A stretch of DNA of 64,000 nt from an uncultured Burkholderiales bacterium (GCA_964470865.1 CAYYFR010000005.1:10858-74857), one strand, 5' to 3'; shown: positions 8,478-17,673, numbered from the stretch's first letter. The notes: generated by a model from the sequence alone, not told the origin. Numbers and translations are program-made.

Positions 8478-9011
8478 ATGAGCAATCGCATGATCCTTGA
8501 CCGCAAGATCACCGACGACCATTGGCGATTGATCGAAACCGGAGAAGCCGTTGCCGCCAACGGCGACATCATCGTGCCGCTCGCGCTGTGGCTGGACCAA
8601 CGCGCGCAATTGACCGCTCGCAGCGGGCGCAGCGGCGTCTGGCTGGCACCCGGCGACGAGCCTCGCCTGCTGGCTGCCGATACCGGCATCCTGCCCCTGA
8701 TTGCGCTGCGGTTTCCGCAATTTGCCGATGGTCGCGGTTACTCGAGCGCTCGCCTGCTGCGCCAACGTTACGGATTCGCCGGCGAACTGCGCGCCATCGG
8801 CGAGGTGCTGCGCGACCAGCTGTTCTATCTTGAGCGGGTCGGCTTCAACGCCTTCGCCATCAAGCCGGGCAAGAGCATCGAAGACGCGCTGGATGGCTTT
8901 GGCGACTTCTCGGACGCATACCAGGCGTCAGCGATGCAGCCGGCACCGCTTTATCAGCGTCGCCTGCAGAGCCAGGACCAAGCCGGCCTGGCGAGCGTGG
9001 CTGCGCCATGA
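8478..9011 (+). CDS. DUF934-family protein (sulfite-reductase-associated)
   Basis: 177 aa. The ATG immediately follows the cysI TGA. Central motif FPQFADGRGYSSARLLRQRYGFAGELRAIGEVLRDQLFYLERVGFNAF is typical of DUF934 as I recall it. Confidence 0.85.
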   Translation: MSNRMILDRKITDDHWRLIETGEAVAANGDIIVPLALWLDQRAQLTARSGRSGVWLAPGDEPRLLAADTGILPLIALRFPQFADGRGYSSARLLRQRYGFAGELRAIGEVLRDQLFYLERVGFNAFAIKPGKSIEDALDGFGDFSDAYQASAMQPAPLYQRRLQSQDQAGLASVAAP

Positions 9012-9090
9012 GCGCCGCCGCCCGGCCGCCCGAAGGCAGCGCTCATCCACCCGCGGGGAGGATGTCACGCAGTCGCAGGAAGGTAGTGCG

Positions 9091-9879
9091 ATGAGTGGAA
9101 CCGTCTACCTGGTCGGCGCCGGCCCCGGCGCACCGGACTTGATCACACTGCGCGCGGCTCGCCTGATCGAAGCCGCGGAGATTGTTTTCCACGACGCGCT
9201 GGTACACCCCGACACTTTGGCATTGGCCACCCGCGCCGAGAAAATCGCGGTAGGCAAGCGCTGCGGCGCCCACTCCACCGCGCAGCGCTTCATCAACAAG
9301 CGCCTGATCGACGCCGCCGGCAAGCATGCAAGCGTGGTGCGCCTGAAAGGTGGCGACCCGATGCTGTTCGGCCGTGCTCAGGAAGAGATCGACGCCCTCA
9401 CCGCAGCCGGCATCCGCGTTGAAATCGTGCCTGGCGTGACCGCAGCGCAGGCCGCCAGCGCGGACCTGGGCGTTTCGCTGACGCGTCGCGGCATCAGTCG
9501 CTCGGTCGCATTCGCAACACCTCGTGTAGGCAGCGAGGAACAGCCATCCGAATGGGCCGCCAGCCTGGCGCATGCCGATACGGCGGTGCTCTACATGGCT
9601 GCGCACCAGGCACGCCAGGTCGCCGCCACCCTTATGGGCCTGGGCCGGCGCGGCGATTCTCCGGTGGCGATCGTCGAATCGGCCTCACTTGAAAGCACGC
9701 AAAGTTACACCACCCTTGGCGAACTGGCACGGCAGGGCCTGGAGCCCGGCACAGGCCCGACCATTCTGATGTTTGGAGAGGTGTTCCGCGCCGCAATGTC
9801 AGCGGCACGCCTGCAAAGGCGCAGCCCGACAAGCGGCAGCTGGCGGCAGCTGGCGGGAAACCTTGCGCAAACCTGCTGA
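9091..9879 (+). CDS. cobA: Uroporphyrinogen-III C-methyltransferase (SUMT)
   Basis: ORF 8701-9879, trimmed to ATG 9091 (MSGTVYLVGAGPGAPDLITLRA) with AGGAAGG upstream. Also RLKGGDPMLFGR and VPGVTAA motifs. Confidence 0.9.
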   Translation: MSGTVYLVGAGPGAPDLITLRAARLIEAAEIVFHDALVHPDTLALATRAEKIAVGKRCGAHSTAQRFINKRLIDAAGKHASVVRLKGGDPMLFGRAQEEIDALTAAGIRVEIVPGVTAAQAASADLGVSLTRRGISRSVAFATPRVGSEEQPSEWAASLAHADTAVLYMAAHQARQVAATLMGLGRRGDSPVAIVESASLESTQSYTTLGELARQGLEPGTGPTILMFGEVFRAAMSAARLQRRSPTSGSWRQLAGNLAQTC

Positions 9880-10089
9880 CGCCAAGCCGTGCGCCCGAAT
9901 GCACGGCAAGCGGCAAGGATTCAAATCGCCAGCAGCACCCGCGGCACCCTTGCCACCGCCGCACATGGCCGCAGGTGGTGTATCTTGCGCTGCCGGGCGC
10001 AAGGCGATCGACCCGGACAGGCGTGATTACTGCCAATTACGAATCCGCCATCGCGCCAACCGCAGGCTCCCCGAAATTTTCCATCAACC

Positions 10090-10554
10090 ATGACGCACCC
10101 CATCACTGAACTCGCCAAGACCGCCGCACGCGCAAACGGCACGCCGTATGCCGGCGACCTGACACCACTCGAAGCGGGCCAACTGCTTGCCTCCGGTTCG
10201 GCTCGCATCATCGACGTGCGCAGCCGCTACGAGTGGGATTTTGTCGGCCGCATCGATCCCAGCACGCTGATCGAATGGCGTATCTACGAAGCCGACGGCA
10301 CCACCGCCATACGCAGCCGACCCAACGAGCACTTCGTCGACCAGTTGCGGGCACAGGCGCGAGCGGACCAGACGCTGCTGTTTCTGTGCCGCAGCGGCGT
10401 GCGCTCGCAGGGCGCGGCCGCAGCGGCTAGCGCCGCCGGTTTTGCCAATGCGTTCAACATCCTCGAGGGATTCGAAGGCAACCCGGACGCAAGCAAGCAG
10501 CGCAACCATGTGGGCGGCTGGCGCAAACATGGGCTGCCCTGGATTCAGGGCTGA
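10090..10554 (+). CDS. Rhodanese-domain sulfurtransferase
   Basis: 154 aa. Active-site loop LFLCRSGVRSQ, with ARIIDVRSRYEW upstream of it. Confidence 0.85.
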   Translation: MTHPITELAKTAARANGTPYAGDLTPLEAGQLLASGSARIIDVRSRYEWDFVGRIDPSTLIEWRIYEADGTTAIRSRPNEHFVDQLRAQARADQTLLFLCRSGVRSQGAAAAASAAGFANAFNILEGFEGNPDASKQRNHVGGWRKHGLPWIQG

Positions 10555-10587
10555 GGCCCACGCCGGATCACAATCCAGATCCCACAC

Positions 10588-11079
10588 ATGCCCAACTTCG
10601 CCACACGTACCTGGCTTTTCACAGGCTTCGCCGCATGCGCCGGCCTGATCGGATTCGCCTTGTACCTGCAGTATTTTGCCAACCTCGAACCCTGCCCTCT
10701 ATGCATGCTGCAACGTGTGGCCTTCATTGCGTTGGGGCTGGTGTTTCTTGTCGGCGCACTGCATGGCCCTGGCATGATCGGCGCCCGCGTCTATGCCAGC
10801 CTCGCGATACTGACCTCCGCTACCGGCATTGGCCTGGCTGCACGCCACACCTGGCTGCAATACAACCCGCCGCAATTCGCTTCCTGCGCCGGCGACCTGT
10901 ATTCGCAACTGGACCGCCTGCCGCTCGGACGCGTGATCGCCAATGCGATCCGCGCCACCGGTGACTGCGCCAAGGTCGACTGGACCCTCATGGGCTTGTC
11001 GATCGCAGAATGGTCGCTGGTCTGGTTCACGCTCTTTGCCCTGGGTTCGGTAGCGCTGCTGCTGCGCAAACGCCCCTGA
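10588..11079 (+). CDS. dsbB: Disulfide bond formation protein B
   Basis: 163 aa, four hydrophobic segments. First-loop CPLCMLQR motif and a second periplasmic Cys pair (FASCAG...GDCAKV). Confidence 0.85.
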   Translation: MPNFATRTWLFTGFAACAGLIGFALYLQYFANLEPCPLCMLQRVAFIALGLVFLVGALHGPGMIGARVYASLAILTSATGIGLAARHTWLQYNPPQFASCAGDLYSQLDRLPLGRVIANAIRATGDCAKVDWTLMGLSIAEWSLVWFTLFALGSVALLLRKRP

Positions 11080-11110
11080 ATTGCCAGGCCTGGCGTGCAT
11101 GGCGCAGCAC

Positions 11111-11320
11111 TCACTTGCGCAAGGGGTCGAGCAGCGACTTCAAACCGTTATGCTCCACCTCGTGCATCAAGGCCAGCAATCGACCCAGTTCGCCCGCCGG
11201 AAAGCCCTGGCGCGCGAACCAGTTCAGGTAATAGCCTGGCAAATCGGCGATCACGCGCCCCTTGTATTTGCCGTAGGGCATGACGCGCGTGACCAGCAGT
11301 TGCAGTGCTTCGTGATCCAT
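11111..11320 (-). CDS. DUF3820-family small protein
   Basis: ORF 11111-11404, trimmed to MDHEALQLL (11320). Motif MPYGKYKGRVIADLPGYYLNWFARQGFPAGELGRLL. Confidence 0.7.
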   Translation of the reverse strand: MDHEALQLLVTRVMPYGKYKGRVIADLPGYYLNWFARQGFPAGELGRLLALMHEVEHNGLKSLLDPLRK

Positions 11321-11456
11321 CGTGGAATGCCCTCTGGCTGGAGCCTGTATTGGATCATGATCAGCGCCGGCGCAGCCGCCTCTGCCAGCGCCGGCATGCG
11401 CCACAATAGCGCTGCCCGATGCGTAAAACGCACGACTCTCCCGTCACCAACCCGCC

Positions 11457-12416
11457 ATGACCGACACTCTGCTGCTCGCCACCAAGCTGCCGCACTCTTT
11501 TCATGCCGCGCTGACCGAACGCTACCAAGTGCTGGGCCCGCTCACCGCACCTTTTCTGGACGCCGCCAAAAACCTGCCGACCGCCGATGCCAGCCGCGTG
11601 CGCGCACTGGTCACCATCGGCTCGGTCGGGGTTGCCGCCGAGGCTCTTGAACTTTTTCCGCAGCTCGGTCTGATCAGTTGCCTGGGCAGCGGCTACGAGG
11701 GCGTGCCCATCGCCGCGGCGCGCGAGCGCGGTATCACGGTAACCAACAGCCCCGGCGCCAACGCTTCCGCAGTGGCCGACCTGGCGCTGGGCCTCTTGAT
11801 ATCGGCCGTGCGTGATTTCGACGGCGCGCGCGCCTACCTGCGTGCCGGCAAGTTCGAAGGCAACGCCGGCGTGCGCCTGCCTGCGGTGCGCGGTCTCACC
11901 GGCCGCAAGTTGGGCATCTATGGCCTGGGCGCCATCGGCCTGAAGATCGCCCGCCGCGCGGCGGCCTGCGAGATGGAGGTCGCCTATCACAGCCGCAAGC
12001 CGCGTGAGGATGTCGCCTACCCCTGGCACCCGACGCTGGCCGCGCTGGCCGAATGGGCGGACGTGCTGATGGTGGCGGTGCGGGCGGACGCCAGCAATCG
12101 CCATGCGGTCAACCGGCAGGTCCTTGCCGCACTAGGTCCCGACGGCATTCTGGTCAACATTTCACGCGGGTCGGTGGTCGATGAGGCGGCGCTCGTCAGC
12201 GCCTTGCAGGAAGGCCTCATACGAGGCGCCGGGCTGGACGTCTACGAACGCGAGCCGCAGGTCACGCCGGCCTTGTTTGACCTGGCGCACGTGGCATTGA
12301 CACCGCACATTGGCGGCAACACGCACGAGGCGCAGAGCGCGATGCATGCGATCGTGCTGGCCAATCTGGCGGCGTTTTTCGCCGGGCAACCGCTACCCAC
12401 GCCGGTGCCGCTTTAG
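11457..12416 (+). CDS. D-isomer-specific 2-hydroxyacid dehydrogenase (glyoxylate/hydroxypyruvate reductase-like)
   Basis: 319 aa. NAD fold GIYGLGAIGLKIARRA. Catalytic-region motifs NISRGSVVDE and ALTPHIGGNT. Confidence 0.85.
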   Translation: MTDTLLLATKLPHSFHAALTERYQVLGPLTAPFLDAAKNLPTADASRVRALVTIGSVGVAAEALELFPQLGLISCLGSGYEGVPIAAARERGITVTNSPGANASAVADLALGLLISAVRDFDGARAYLRAGKFEGNAGVRLPAVRGLTGRKLGIYGLGAIGLKIARRAAACEMEVAYHSRKPREDVAYPWHPTLAALAEWADVLMVAVRADASNRHAVNRQVLAALGPDGILVNISRGSVVDEAALVSALQEGLIRGAGLDVYEREPQVTPALFDLAHVALTPHIGGNTHEAQSAMHAIVLANLAAFFAGQPLPTPVPL

Positions 12417-12444
12417 TCACGCCCCAACCCGCTACCAGGCCCAC

Positions 12445-12843
12445 ATGACTCTGTGCATCAGCAGCTACCACGCCCACATCTACTACGACCTTGCGAGTTC
12501 GCGCGGCGCGGCCCAGCGTTTGCGCGAGGGCATCGCCGAACGCTTCTCGGTGCGCCTCGGACGCTGGCACGATGTTCCGGTTGGCCCGCACCCGGGCCCC
12601 ATGTTTCAGGTGGCATTCCTGCCAGCGCTGTTCCCGGCTTTCGTGCCGTGGCTGATGCTCAACCGCGCCGGCCTCACCGTGCTGGTGCACCCGAATACCG
12701 GCGCGCCGCGCGATGACCACCTGGTGCATGCGCTATGGCTGGGAAGCGTGTTGCCGCTCAACGGTGATGTCCTCAGGATGGAAGAGGACGTGGCGGCGAT
12801 GGAAACCGAGCCCAATACCCACCCTGCGCTTCGCGCCAACTGA
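12445..12843 (+). CDS. DOPA 4,5-dioxygenase-family protein
   Basis: ORF 12310-12843, trimmed to ATG 12445. N-terminal SYHAHIYYD and HDVPVGPHPGPMFQV resemble the family as I recall it. Confidence 0.65.
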   Translation: MTLCISSYHAHIYYDLASSRGAAQRLREGIAERFSVRLGRWHDVPVGPHPGPMFQVAFLPALFPAFVPWLMLNRAGLTVLVHPNTGAPRDDHLVHALWLGSVLPLNGDVLRMEEDVAAMETEPNTHPALRAN

Positions 12844-12852
12844 AACGGGCGC

Positions 12853-12879
12853 GCCCTGCCGCATGCACGGCGGCAGGGC
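12853..12879. terminator. GC-rich hairpin between convergent genes (possible bidirectional terminator)
   Basis: 10-bp perfect stem GCCCTGCCGC/GCGGCAGGGC with a 7-nt loop. U-tracts are weak on both strands. Confidence 0.4.
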
Positions 12880-12893
12880 AGAGGCGATGTCGG

Positions 12894-13736
12894 CTAAGCC
12901 GCGATCGCGTCAGCCAGGCCGCCCCTTGCCGGCAGCACCGAAGCAATCGCCGCGCCGGCCTGGCTGCTCCACACCTCGGCGCCGTCAACCAGCACCTTGA
13001 GTTCGTTGCGCGAAAAGCGCGTCCACGTCTCGCCATGGGTGAGCGGCTCGGTAGCCACCAGAACCATATGGTCTTGCGTGCGATTGGCCTCGCTCAGATT
13101 GATACTGAGATCGTGATCCACCAGCTTGACACGGGGAAACGGATGCCGGCGCGCCATCCAGGTGAGATCGGTGGCGCAGTGGGCGAACAGGGCTTCGCCG
13201 TTGCCCATGAGAAAGTTGAACACGCCATGCGCGGCTACCCGAGGTGTCAATTCGGCCAACGCGTAGGCGATCTGCTGCCAACCGGGGCGCCCGGATGCAC
13301 CAAACCGTGCGCGCAGTTCCTGCAGCAGCCAGCAGAACGCGCGCTCGCTGTCGGTGCTGCCGACCGGTTCGAAATCACCATTGAGGCGCGGCTGGAAATC
13401 ACCTAGATCGCCGTTGTGGCAAAAGGTCCAGTGCCGCCCTTTCCATTCGCGCACAAACGGATGGCAATTCGACAAATGCACCTGTCCCTGGGTGGCTTTG
13501 CGAATGTGCGCCAGAACGATGCGCGAGCGGATCGGGTTGTTGCGCAAAAACTCCGCCAGAGGCGAGTCACTGGCACGCCGCTCGTCGATGAACACCCGAC
13601 AGCCGCTTGCATCATGAAAGGCGATACCCCAGCCGTCGACGTGTTCCCCGGTCCGACCACCGCGCGCCGAGAAGCCGGTAAACGAAAACGTCACCGCGGT
13701 AGGTGCGCTGCTGGAAAGGGCGAACAACTGGCACAT
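12894..13736 (-). CDS. Class II (Ntn) glutamine amidotransferase, YafJ-like
   Basis: ORF 12894-13760, trimmed to MCQLFALS (13736) so that Cys2 is the N-terminal nucleophile. Also GWGIAFHD and SNCHPF motifs. Confidence 0.85.
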   Translation of the reverse strand: MCQLFALSSSAPTAVTFSFTGFSARGGRTGEHVDGWGIAFHDASGCRVFIDERRASDSPLAEFLRNNPIRSRIVLAHIRKATQGQVHLSNCHPFVREWKGRHWTFCHNGDLGDFQPRLNGDFEPVGSTDSERAFCWLLQELRARFGASGRPGWQQIAYALAELTPRVAAHGVFNFLMGNGEALFAHCATDLTWMARRHPFPRVKLVDHDLSINLSEANRTQDHMVLVATEPLTHGETWTRFSRNELKVLVDGAEVWSSQAGAAIASVLPARGGLADAIAA

Positions 13737-13861
13737 GCTGCCACTTTGCCTCAACCCCACACCTGACAGTGCCCCGAAAAGACCCTGAATCGTGCCTCAC
13801 CGTGCCGTTACAGCAGACTGCCCCAACCCGGCGAAAAGGCGCGCGCGGCCCTGGCGTGCCG

Positions 13862-15415
13862 TCAAAGCGCGCCGGTCGCACCCTTGCCGCCGAAGCGCTG
13901 CCTGAGATCCGCCTTGAGCACCTTGCCCAGCGCACTCTTGGGCAGAGCGTCCACAAAGGCGAAGCGTCGCGGAATCTTGTAGCCGCCGATAGCGCCGCGG
14001 CAGTGTGCAATCAGCCCGGGAGCATCGAGTGTCACACCAGGTTTGGGAATGACCACCGCGAACACCGCCTCGCCATAGGTTTCGTCCGGCACGCCGATCA
14101 CCGCCGCCTCGGCAACACCGGGATGCGTGAACAGGGCCGCTTCAACCTCCGACGAATAGACGTTTTCGCCGCCAGTCACGATCATGTCCTTCTTGCGGTC
14201 GAGCAGGTACAGAAACCCTTCCCCGTCTTCACGGCCGATGTCACCGGTATGGAACCAGCCGTCGCGAAAGGTCTCGCGGTTGGCCTCCGGCAAACCGTAA
14301 TACCCCGGCGTGACATTCGGGCCGCGCACGATCACCTCACCCGAGGCGCCGCTCGGTACCTCGCGGCCGGCGTCGTCGACGATGCGCAGATCGACGCCCG
14401 GCAGCGTCTTCCCGGCGCATGCCAGGCGTGCCGTATTGCCGCTGGCGAGCGCCTCCAGATGGTGGCGATGTTCGAAGAACGAGAGGATCGGCGCGGTCTC
14501 GGTCAGACCGTAGCCTTGCGTGACGCTGGTCGCGGGCAAGGCTTCCAGGGCACGCCGGATCCAGGTCTCGGCCATGGGTGAACTGCCATACACCTGGATA
14601 CGCAACGAAGACAGGTCGAACTTCGCGAAATCCGCATGCTGCAGCACCATGATCAGCATGGTCGGGGCCAGCATGGTGAAGCTGACCCGATGCCGCTCGA
14701 TCGCCGCCAGGAACGCCGTCGGGTTGAACTCCGGCAGATAGACGTGGGCGCCGCCGGTCAGGGTGAGGGCAGACCCGAGCAAGTCCGCCGAATGGAACAT
14801 CGGGGCGACGTGCAGGTAGATGTCGTCGTGCCGGATACCCAATGTGAGGCCGACCTGCAATCCGTTGCATGCGATGTTGCGGTGGGTGAGGCGAACCCCT
14901 TTGGCACGCCCGGTGGTACCCCCGGTGTAGAGCAGGATCGCGTCGTCATTTTCGTCGGCATCGCGTGGCGGAAGTGCAGCGGCGGAATCGATCAGATCAT
15001 CATGCGAGCGCCGACCGGCGCCGTTTGCACCGAGCACGAAAGCATGCTCTCGCCAGGGTGCGAGCTCATCGCGGTCCAGCAGCGCCAACAACAGTGGATC
15101 GATGGCGAGCAGCGCACAGTCTGCGTCCTTGAGCACAAACGCAATCTCGCGCGGCGCCAATCGAACGTTCACCGGCACCGGAATCACACCCGACCAGTAG
15201 CCCGCATGCAGCAATTCGGCCTGGCGAAACGAGTTGCGCGAAACAATGCCGATGCGCGCCCCCGGTGCCAGGCCCATTTTGAGCAGTGCACCGGCAAGGC
15301 ATGCCACCCGGTGGACGTGCTCCGCCCACGAATGGATGCGCTCGGGTTCAATGATTGCCGGCCGGCTGGCGTGTTGACGACGCGCGCGTTGCAGCGCCGA
15401 AGACATCGAGAGCAT
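13862..15415 (-). CDS. Adenylate-forming acyl/aryl-CoA ligase (ANL superfamily), paralogue 2
   Basis: ORF 13862-15760, trimmed to ATG 15415 (MLSMSSAL), 13 nt after the upstream stop. Motifs LLYTGGTTGRAKGV, GYGLTETA, WFHTGDIG, DRKKDMIVTGGENVYS, PKSALGKVLK. Confidence 0.9.
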   Translation of the reverse strand: MLSMSSALQRARRQHASRPAIIEPERIHSWAEHVHRVACLAGALLKMGLAPGARIGIVSRNSFRQAELLHAGYWSGVIPVPVNVRLAPREIAFVLKDADCALLAIDPLLLALLDRDELAPWREHAFVLGANGAGRRSHDDLIDSAAALPPRDADENDDAILLYTGGTTGRAKGVRLTHRNIACNGLQVGLTLGIRHDDIYLHVAPMFHSADLLGSALTLTGGAHVYLPEFNPTAFLAAIERHRVSFTMLAPTMLIMVLQHADFAKFDLSSLRIQVYGSSPMAETWIRRALEALPATSVTQGYGLTETAPILSFFEHRHHLEALASGNTARLACAGKTLPGVDLRIVDDAGREVPSGASGEVIVRGPNVTPGYYGLPEANRETFRDGWFHTGDIGREDGEGFLYLLDRKKDMIVTGGENVYSSEVEAALFTHPGVAEAAVIGVPDETYGEAVFAVVIPKPGVTLDAPGLIAHCRGAIGGYKIPRRFAFVDALPKSALGKVLKADLRQRFGGKGATGAL

Positions 15416-15428
15416 GGACTCTCCCCGC

Positions 15429-15779
15429 TCAGGTGGAGCCTGAGGCCTTTGCCGCCTTGGCGCGATCGATGTACTTCTTGGTCGCATAAGCAACGCCGCT
15501 TTCGGCATAGCCCTTGCAAGCGCGATCCTTGAACTCGAGCGCGCGCTCCCATTCATCCACCGGGTAATACTCGCGTTCGGCCACGCAGCGAATTTCTCGT
15601 ACAACGCGCTCTTCGATGCCGAGCTTTTCGGCAATCTGGCGATCGGAAAAACCCGGCTGGCGCTTCTCCGGCGGCAGGTGCTCGGGATAGTTGATCTGGA
15701 TCGCCTGCGACATCGACAACACCTGTTCCTTGTACTGCCGGTACAGCTCGGGATCGACAAAATAGAAACCCATTCGCAT
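15429..15779 (-). CDS. Small hypothetical protein with a helix-turn-helix-like segment
   Basis: 114-116 aa. GGGAG is placed best for the second ATG (15773). The segment FSDRQIAEKLGIEERVVREIR resembles a sigma-r4/LuxR-type HTH. No family recognised. Confidence 0.6.
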   Translation of the reverse strand: MRMGFYFVDPELYRQYKEQVLSMSQAIQINYPEHLPPEKRQPGFSDRQIAEKLGIEERVVREIRCVAEREYYPVDEWERALEFKDRACKGYAESGVAYATKKYIDRAKAAKASGST

Positions 15780-15898
15780 GCTCCCTAAGAAAACCCTGAA
15801 ACAGTCCCCGTATCGCGGACTCGCGGACGGCAGTCTGGAATCAAATCAAGACCATGCAAAAGCGACTCGTGTTCCATACGGACTTATGCGGCGTTTCG

Positions 15899-16765
15899 TC
15901 AAAGCAAATTGCGCTGCGTGGAGCCGACCGGGCACACCCTCATGCATTCGAAGCACTGACCCTGGCTCACATTCGAGTACGACATCGACCACAAAGTGCG
16001 GGTGAACTGCGAGGAATAGAGGATCATCTTGCGCTTCTCCTTTTCCGGCTCGTCGAACACCGCTTCCAGCGCCTTCTGAAAGCCCGGGATGAACGAGGTT
16101 TGCACGCGGGTGGTGCAGCGCGCAACATCATAGCGACGCTCCTTGACGCGGCCGCCCTCGAGCTTGCCGCCAAGACACCCACCATCGTCGATCGGGCAGG
16201 TCGCCATGCACGGCGTGGTGCCCAACTCATCCCACATCGAGACACACTCGGGTGCGGGACAGGCCGGTGTCGAAAGCGGCGCGTCCACCGGCAAGGGCAA
16301 GGTGGTCAGCACGGCGGTGTAATACATGAAGCCGAATTGCGGATGCAATACCGGCCCGGCCAGGCTCGGCGAACCGCAGCCCGCAAGTTCGGCGGCAAGC
16401 GCGATGTTCAAGAACGGCCGGCGCGCCCGGTCCACGCCCGGCGGGATGGTGACCGCGTAATAGCCGAAGCGCCGTTCGATGTGCTGCGCGATGCGGTTAC
16501 CCATCGCGGTGACGCGGTCGGAGGTCGAGGTCGTTTCCATGTGGCGATAGCTCGGGCTGGCCCAGTCGCCGGCGCGCGGCTGGGCGCCGCCAAGCACGAA
16601 TACGGTTTTGCAACCCGGCAGCAGTTCGCCCGGGCGCTGTCCCTCCATGGCTGCGGTGAACGCGTTGGCGTCCGCCACACCCGACACCAGTGCCCCGGCC
16701 TTCTTCGCCAGTTCGCCCAGCTCGCGCTTGTGGGCTTCCATCAGGTCCAGATCCGCTGCGCTCAT
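15899..16765 (-). CDS. RdhA/QueG-superfamily Fe-S protein, short paralogue B
   Basis: 288 aa. The ATG overlaps the upstream TGA (ATGA). Collinear with paralogue A and with the core of the 19225-20487 protein. Cys pattern CPAPEC-x11-C-x3-C-x6-C ... C ... CFECMRVCPVG. Confidence 0.8.
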   Translation of the reverse strand: MSAADLDLMEAHKRELGELAKKAGALVSGVADANAFTAAMEGQRPGELLPGCKTVFVLGGAQPRAGDWASPSYRHMETTSTSDRVTAMGNRIAQHIERRFGYYAVTIPPGVDRARRPFLNIALAAELAGCGSPSLAGPVLHPQFGFMYYTAVLTTLPLPVDAPLSTPACPAPECVSMWDELGTTPCMATCPIDDGGCLGGKLEGGRVKERRYDVARCTTRVQTSFIPGFQKALEAVFDEPEKEKRKMILYSSQFTRTLWSMSYSNVSQGQCFECMRVCPVGSTQRNLL

Positions 16766-17673
16766 TTGAGCTTCCTTTCAGCCCGGCCGATCGGGCATAC
16801 GCGCATGCATTCGAAGCACTGCGCCACACTTTCCTTGTAGAAGGCGATGGCCGACGCCGAACGGGTAAAGAAGTCGGAGTGGATCATCATGCGGCGGCGC
16901 TCGTCATCATCTTCGTTGGCGATCTGCTCCAAGGCCTTCTGGAAACTGTTGATGCCGAAATTCATCGCACGCGAAACGCAGCGCTCGCGATCGTAGTAGG
17001 TCGATTCAATCCGGTTGTCCGGGCCGATCGTCCCGTGCAGGCAGCCGCCGTCGTCCGACGGGCAGGCCGCCTGGCAGGGTGTCCTGCCGCCGGCCTTGTA
17101 GACCTGCACGCACATCGGCGCCGGGCACACGTCCTGCTCCAGCATCGGATCGACCGGCAACGTAAGCGTGGTCAGGCAAGCGGAGTAATACAGCAGGCCG
17201 TACTGCGGATTGAGGATGATGTTGGCGGCGAACGAACGCGTGCCCAGACCTGCAAGCACCGCCGCCAGCATCATCGAGAACGCCGGCTGATGCCCGCCCA
17301 CCGGCAGGCCCGGCGCCTGGATCGCCTGGTAACCGTATTCCTGCTCGATGTGGTCGGCCACCAGATGAATCACGCGATCGTTGGCGAAGTCGTAGCCGTT
17401 CATCTCGATCAGCCGGTGGTCCGGTGACTGCCATGCACCGGCCGAAGGGCCGCGCACGCCGACCACCACCACCGACTTCGCGCCCGGCAGGATGTCGTAG
17501 GGCCGCGAGCCTGGCGGCACGAATTCGTCCCAGCGCTCGACCGGTGCGATGCCCACCACATCCACACCGGATGTCAGTGCGAGCTTGCGGAGTTCGTCGG
17601 CACGCGCCATCGCGATGGCCGTTTCCGCGTCGGGGGCCAGCGCCGCACGTACCAGCTCAGCCAGATTGGACAT
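16762..17673 (-). CDS. RdhA/QueG-superfamily Fe-S protein, short paralogue A
   Basis: ORF 16762-17823, trimmed to ATG 17673 (MSNLAEL, GGGAGA upstream); 17-nt overlap with the ligase stop. GVDVVGIAP, AKSVVVVGV, AGLGTRSFAANII. Cys pattern CPAPMC-x11-C-x3-C-x6-C ... C-x53-CFECMRVCPIG. Confidence 0.8.
   Translation of the reverse strand: MSNLAELVRAALAPDAETAIAMARADELRKLALTSGVDVVGIAPVERWDEFVPPGSRPYDILPGAKSVVVVGVRGPSAGAWQSPDHRLIEMNGYDFANDRVIHLVADHIEQEYGYQAIQAPGLPVGGHQPAFSMMLAAVLAGLGTRSFAANIILNPQYGLLYYSACLTTLTLPVDPMLEQDVCPAPMCVQVYKAGGRTPCQAACPSDDGGCLHGTIGPDNRIESTYYDRERCVSRAMNFGINSFQKALEQIANEDDDERRRMMIHSDFFTRSASAIAFYKESVAQCFECMRVCPIGRAERKLK

Noticed and set aside
6693-8765. 690-aa ORF on the minus strand spanning the cysI and DUF934 region
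   Set aside because: It is exactly antisense to two genes with strong family motifs. Its translation is Arg/Gly/Ala/His/Asp-rich with no recognisable domain and no SD-preceded start. This is a typical high-GC shadow ORF.
8701-9090. N-terminal 130-codon extension of the cobA ORF overlapping DUF934
   Set aside because: The extension overlaps the DUF934 coding frame and has a shadow-ORF composition. The conserved SUMT N-terminus (VYLVGAGPG) begins right after ATG 9091, which has a good SD.
15416-15760. N-terminal extension of the ligase-2 ORF to 15760
   Set aside because: It overlaps, in another frame, the 15429-15779 ORF, which has the better start context. The ANL-family homology begins just after ATG 15415.
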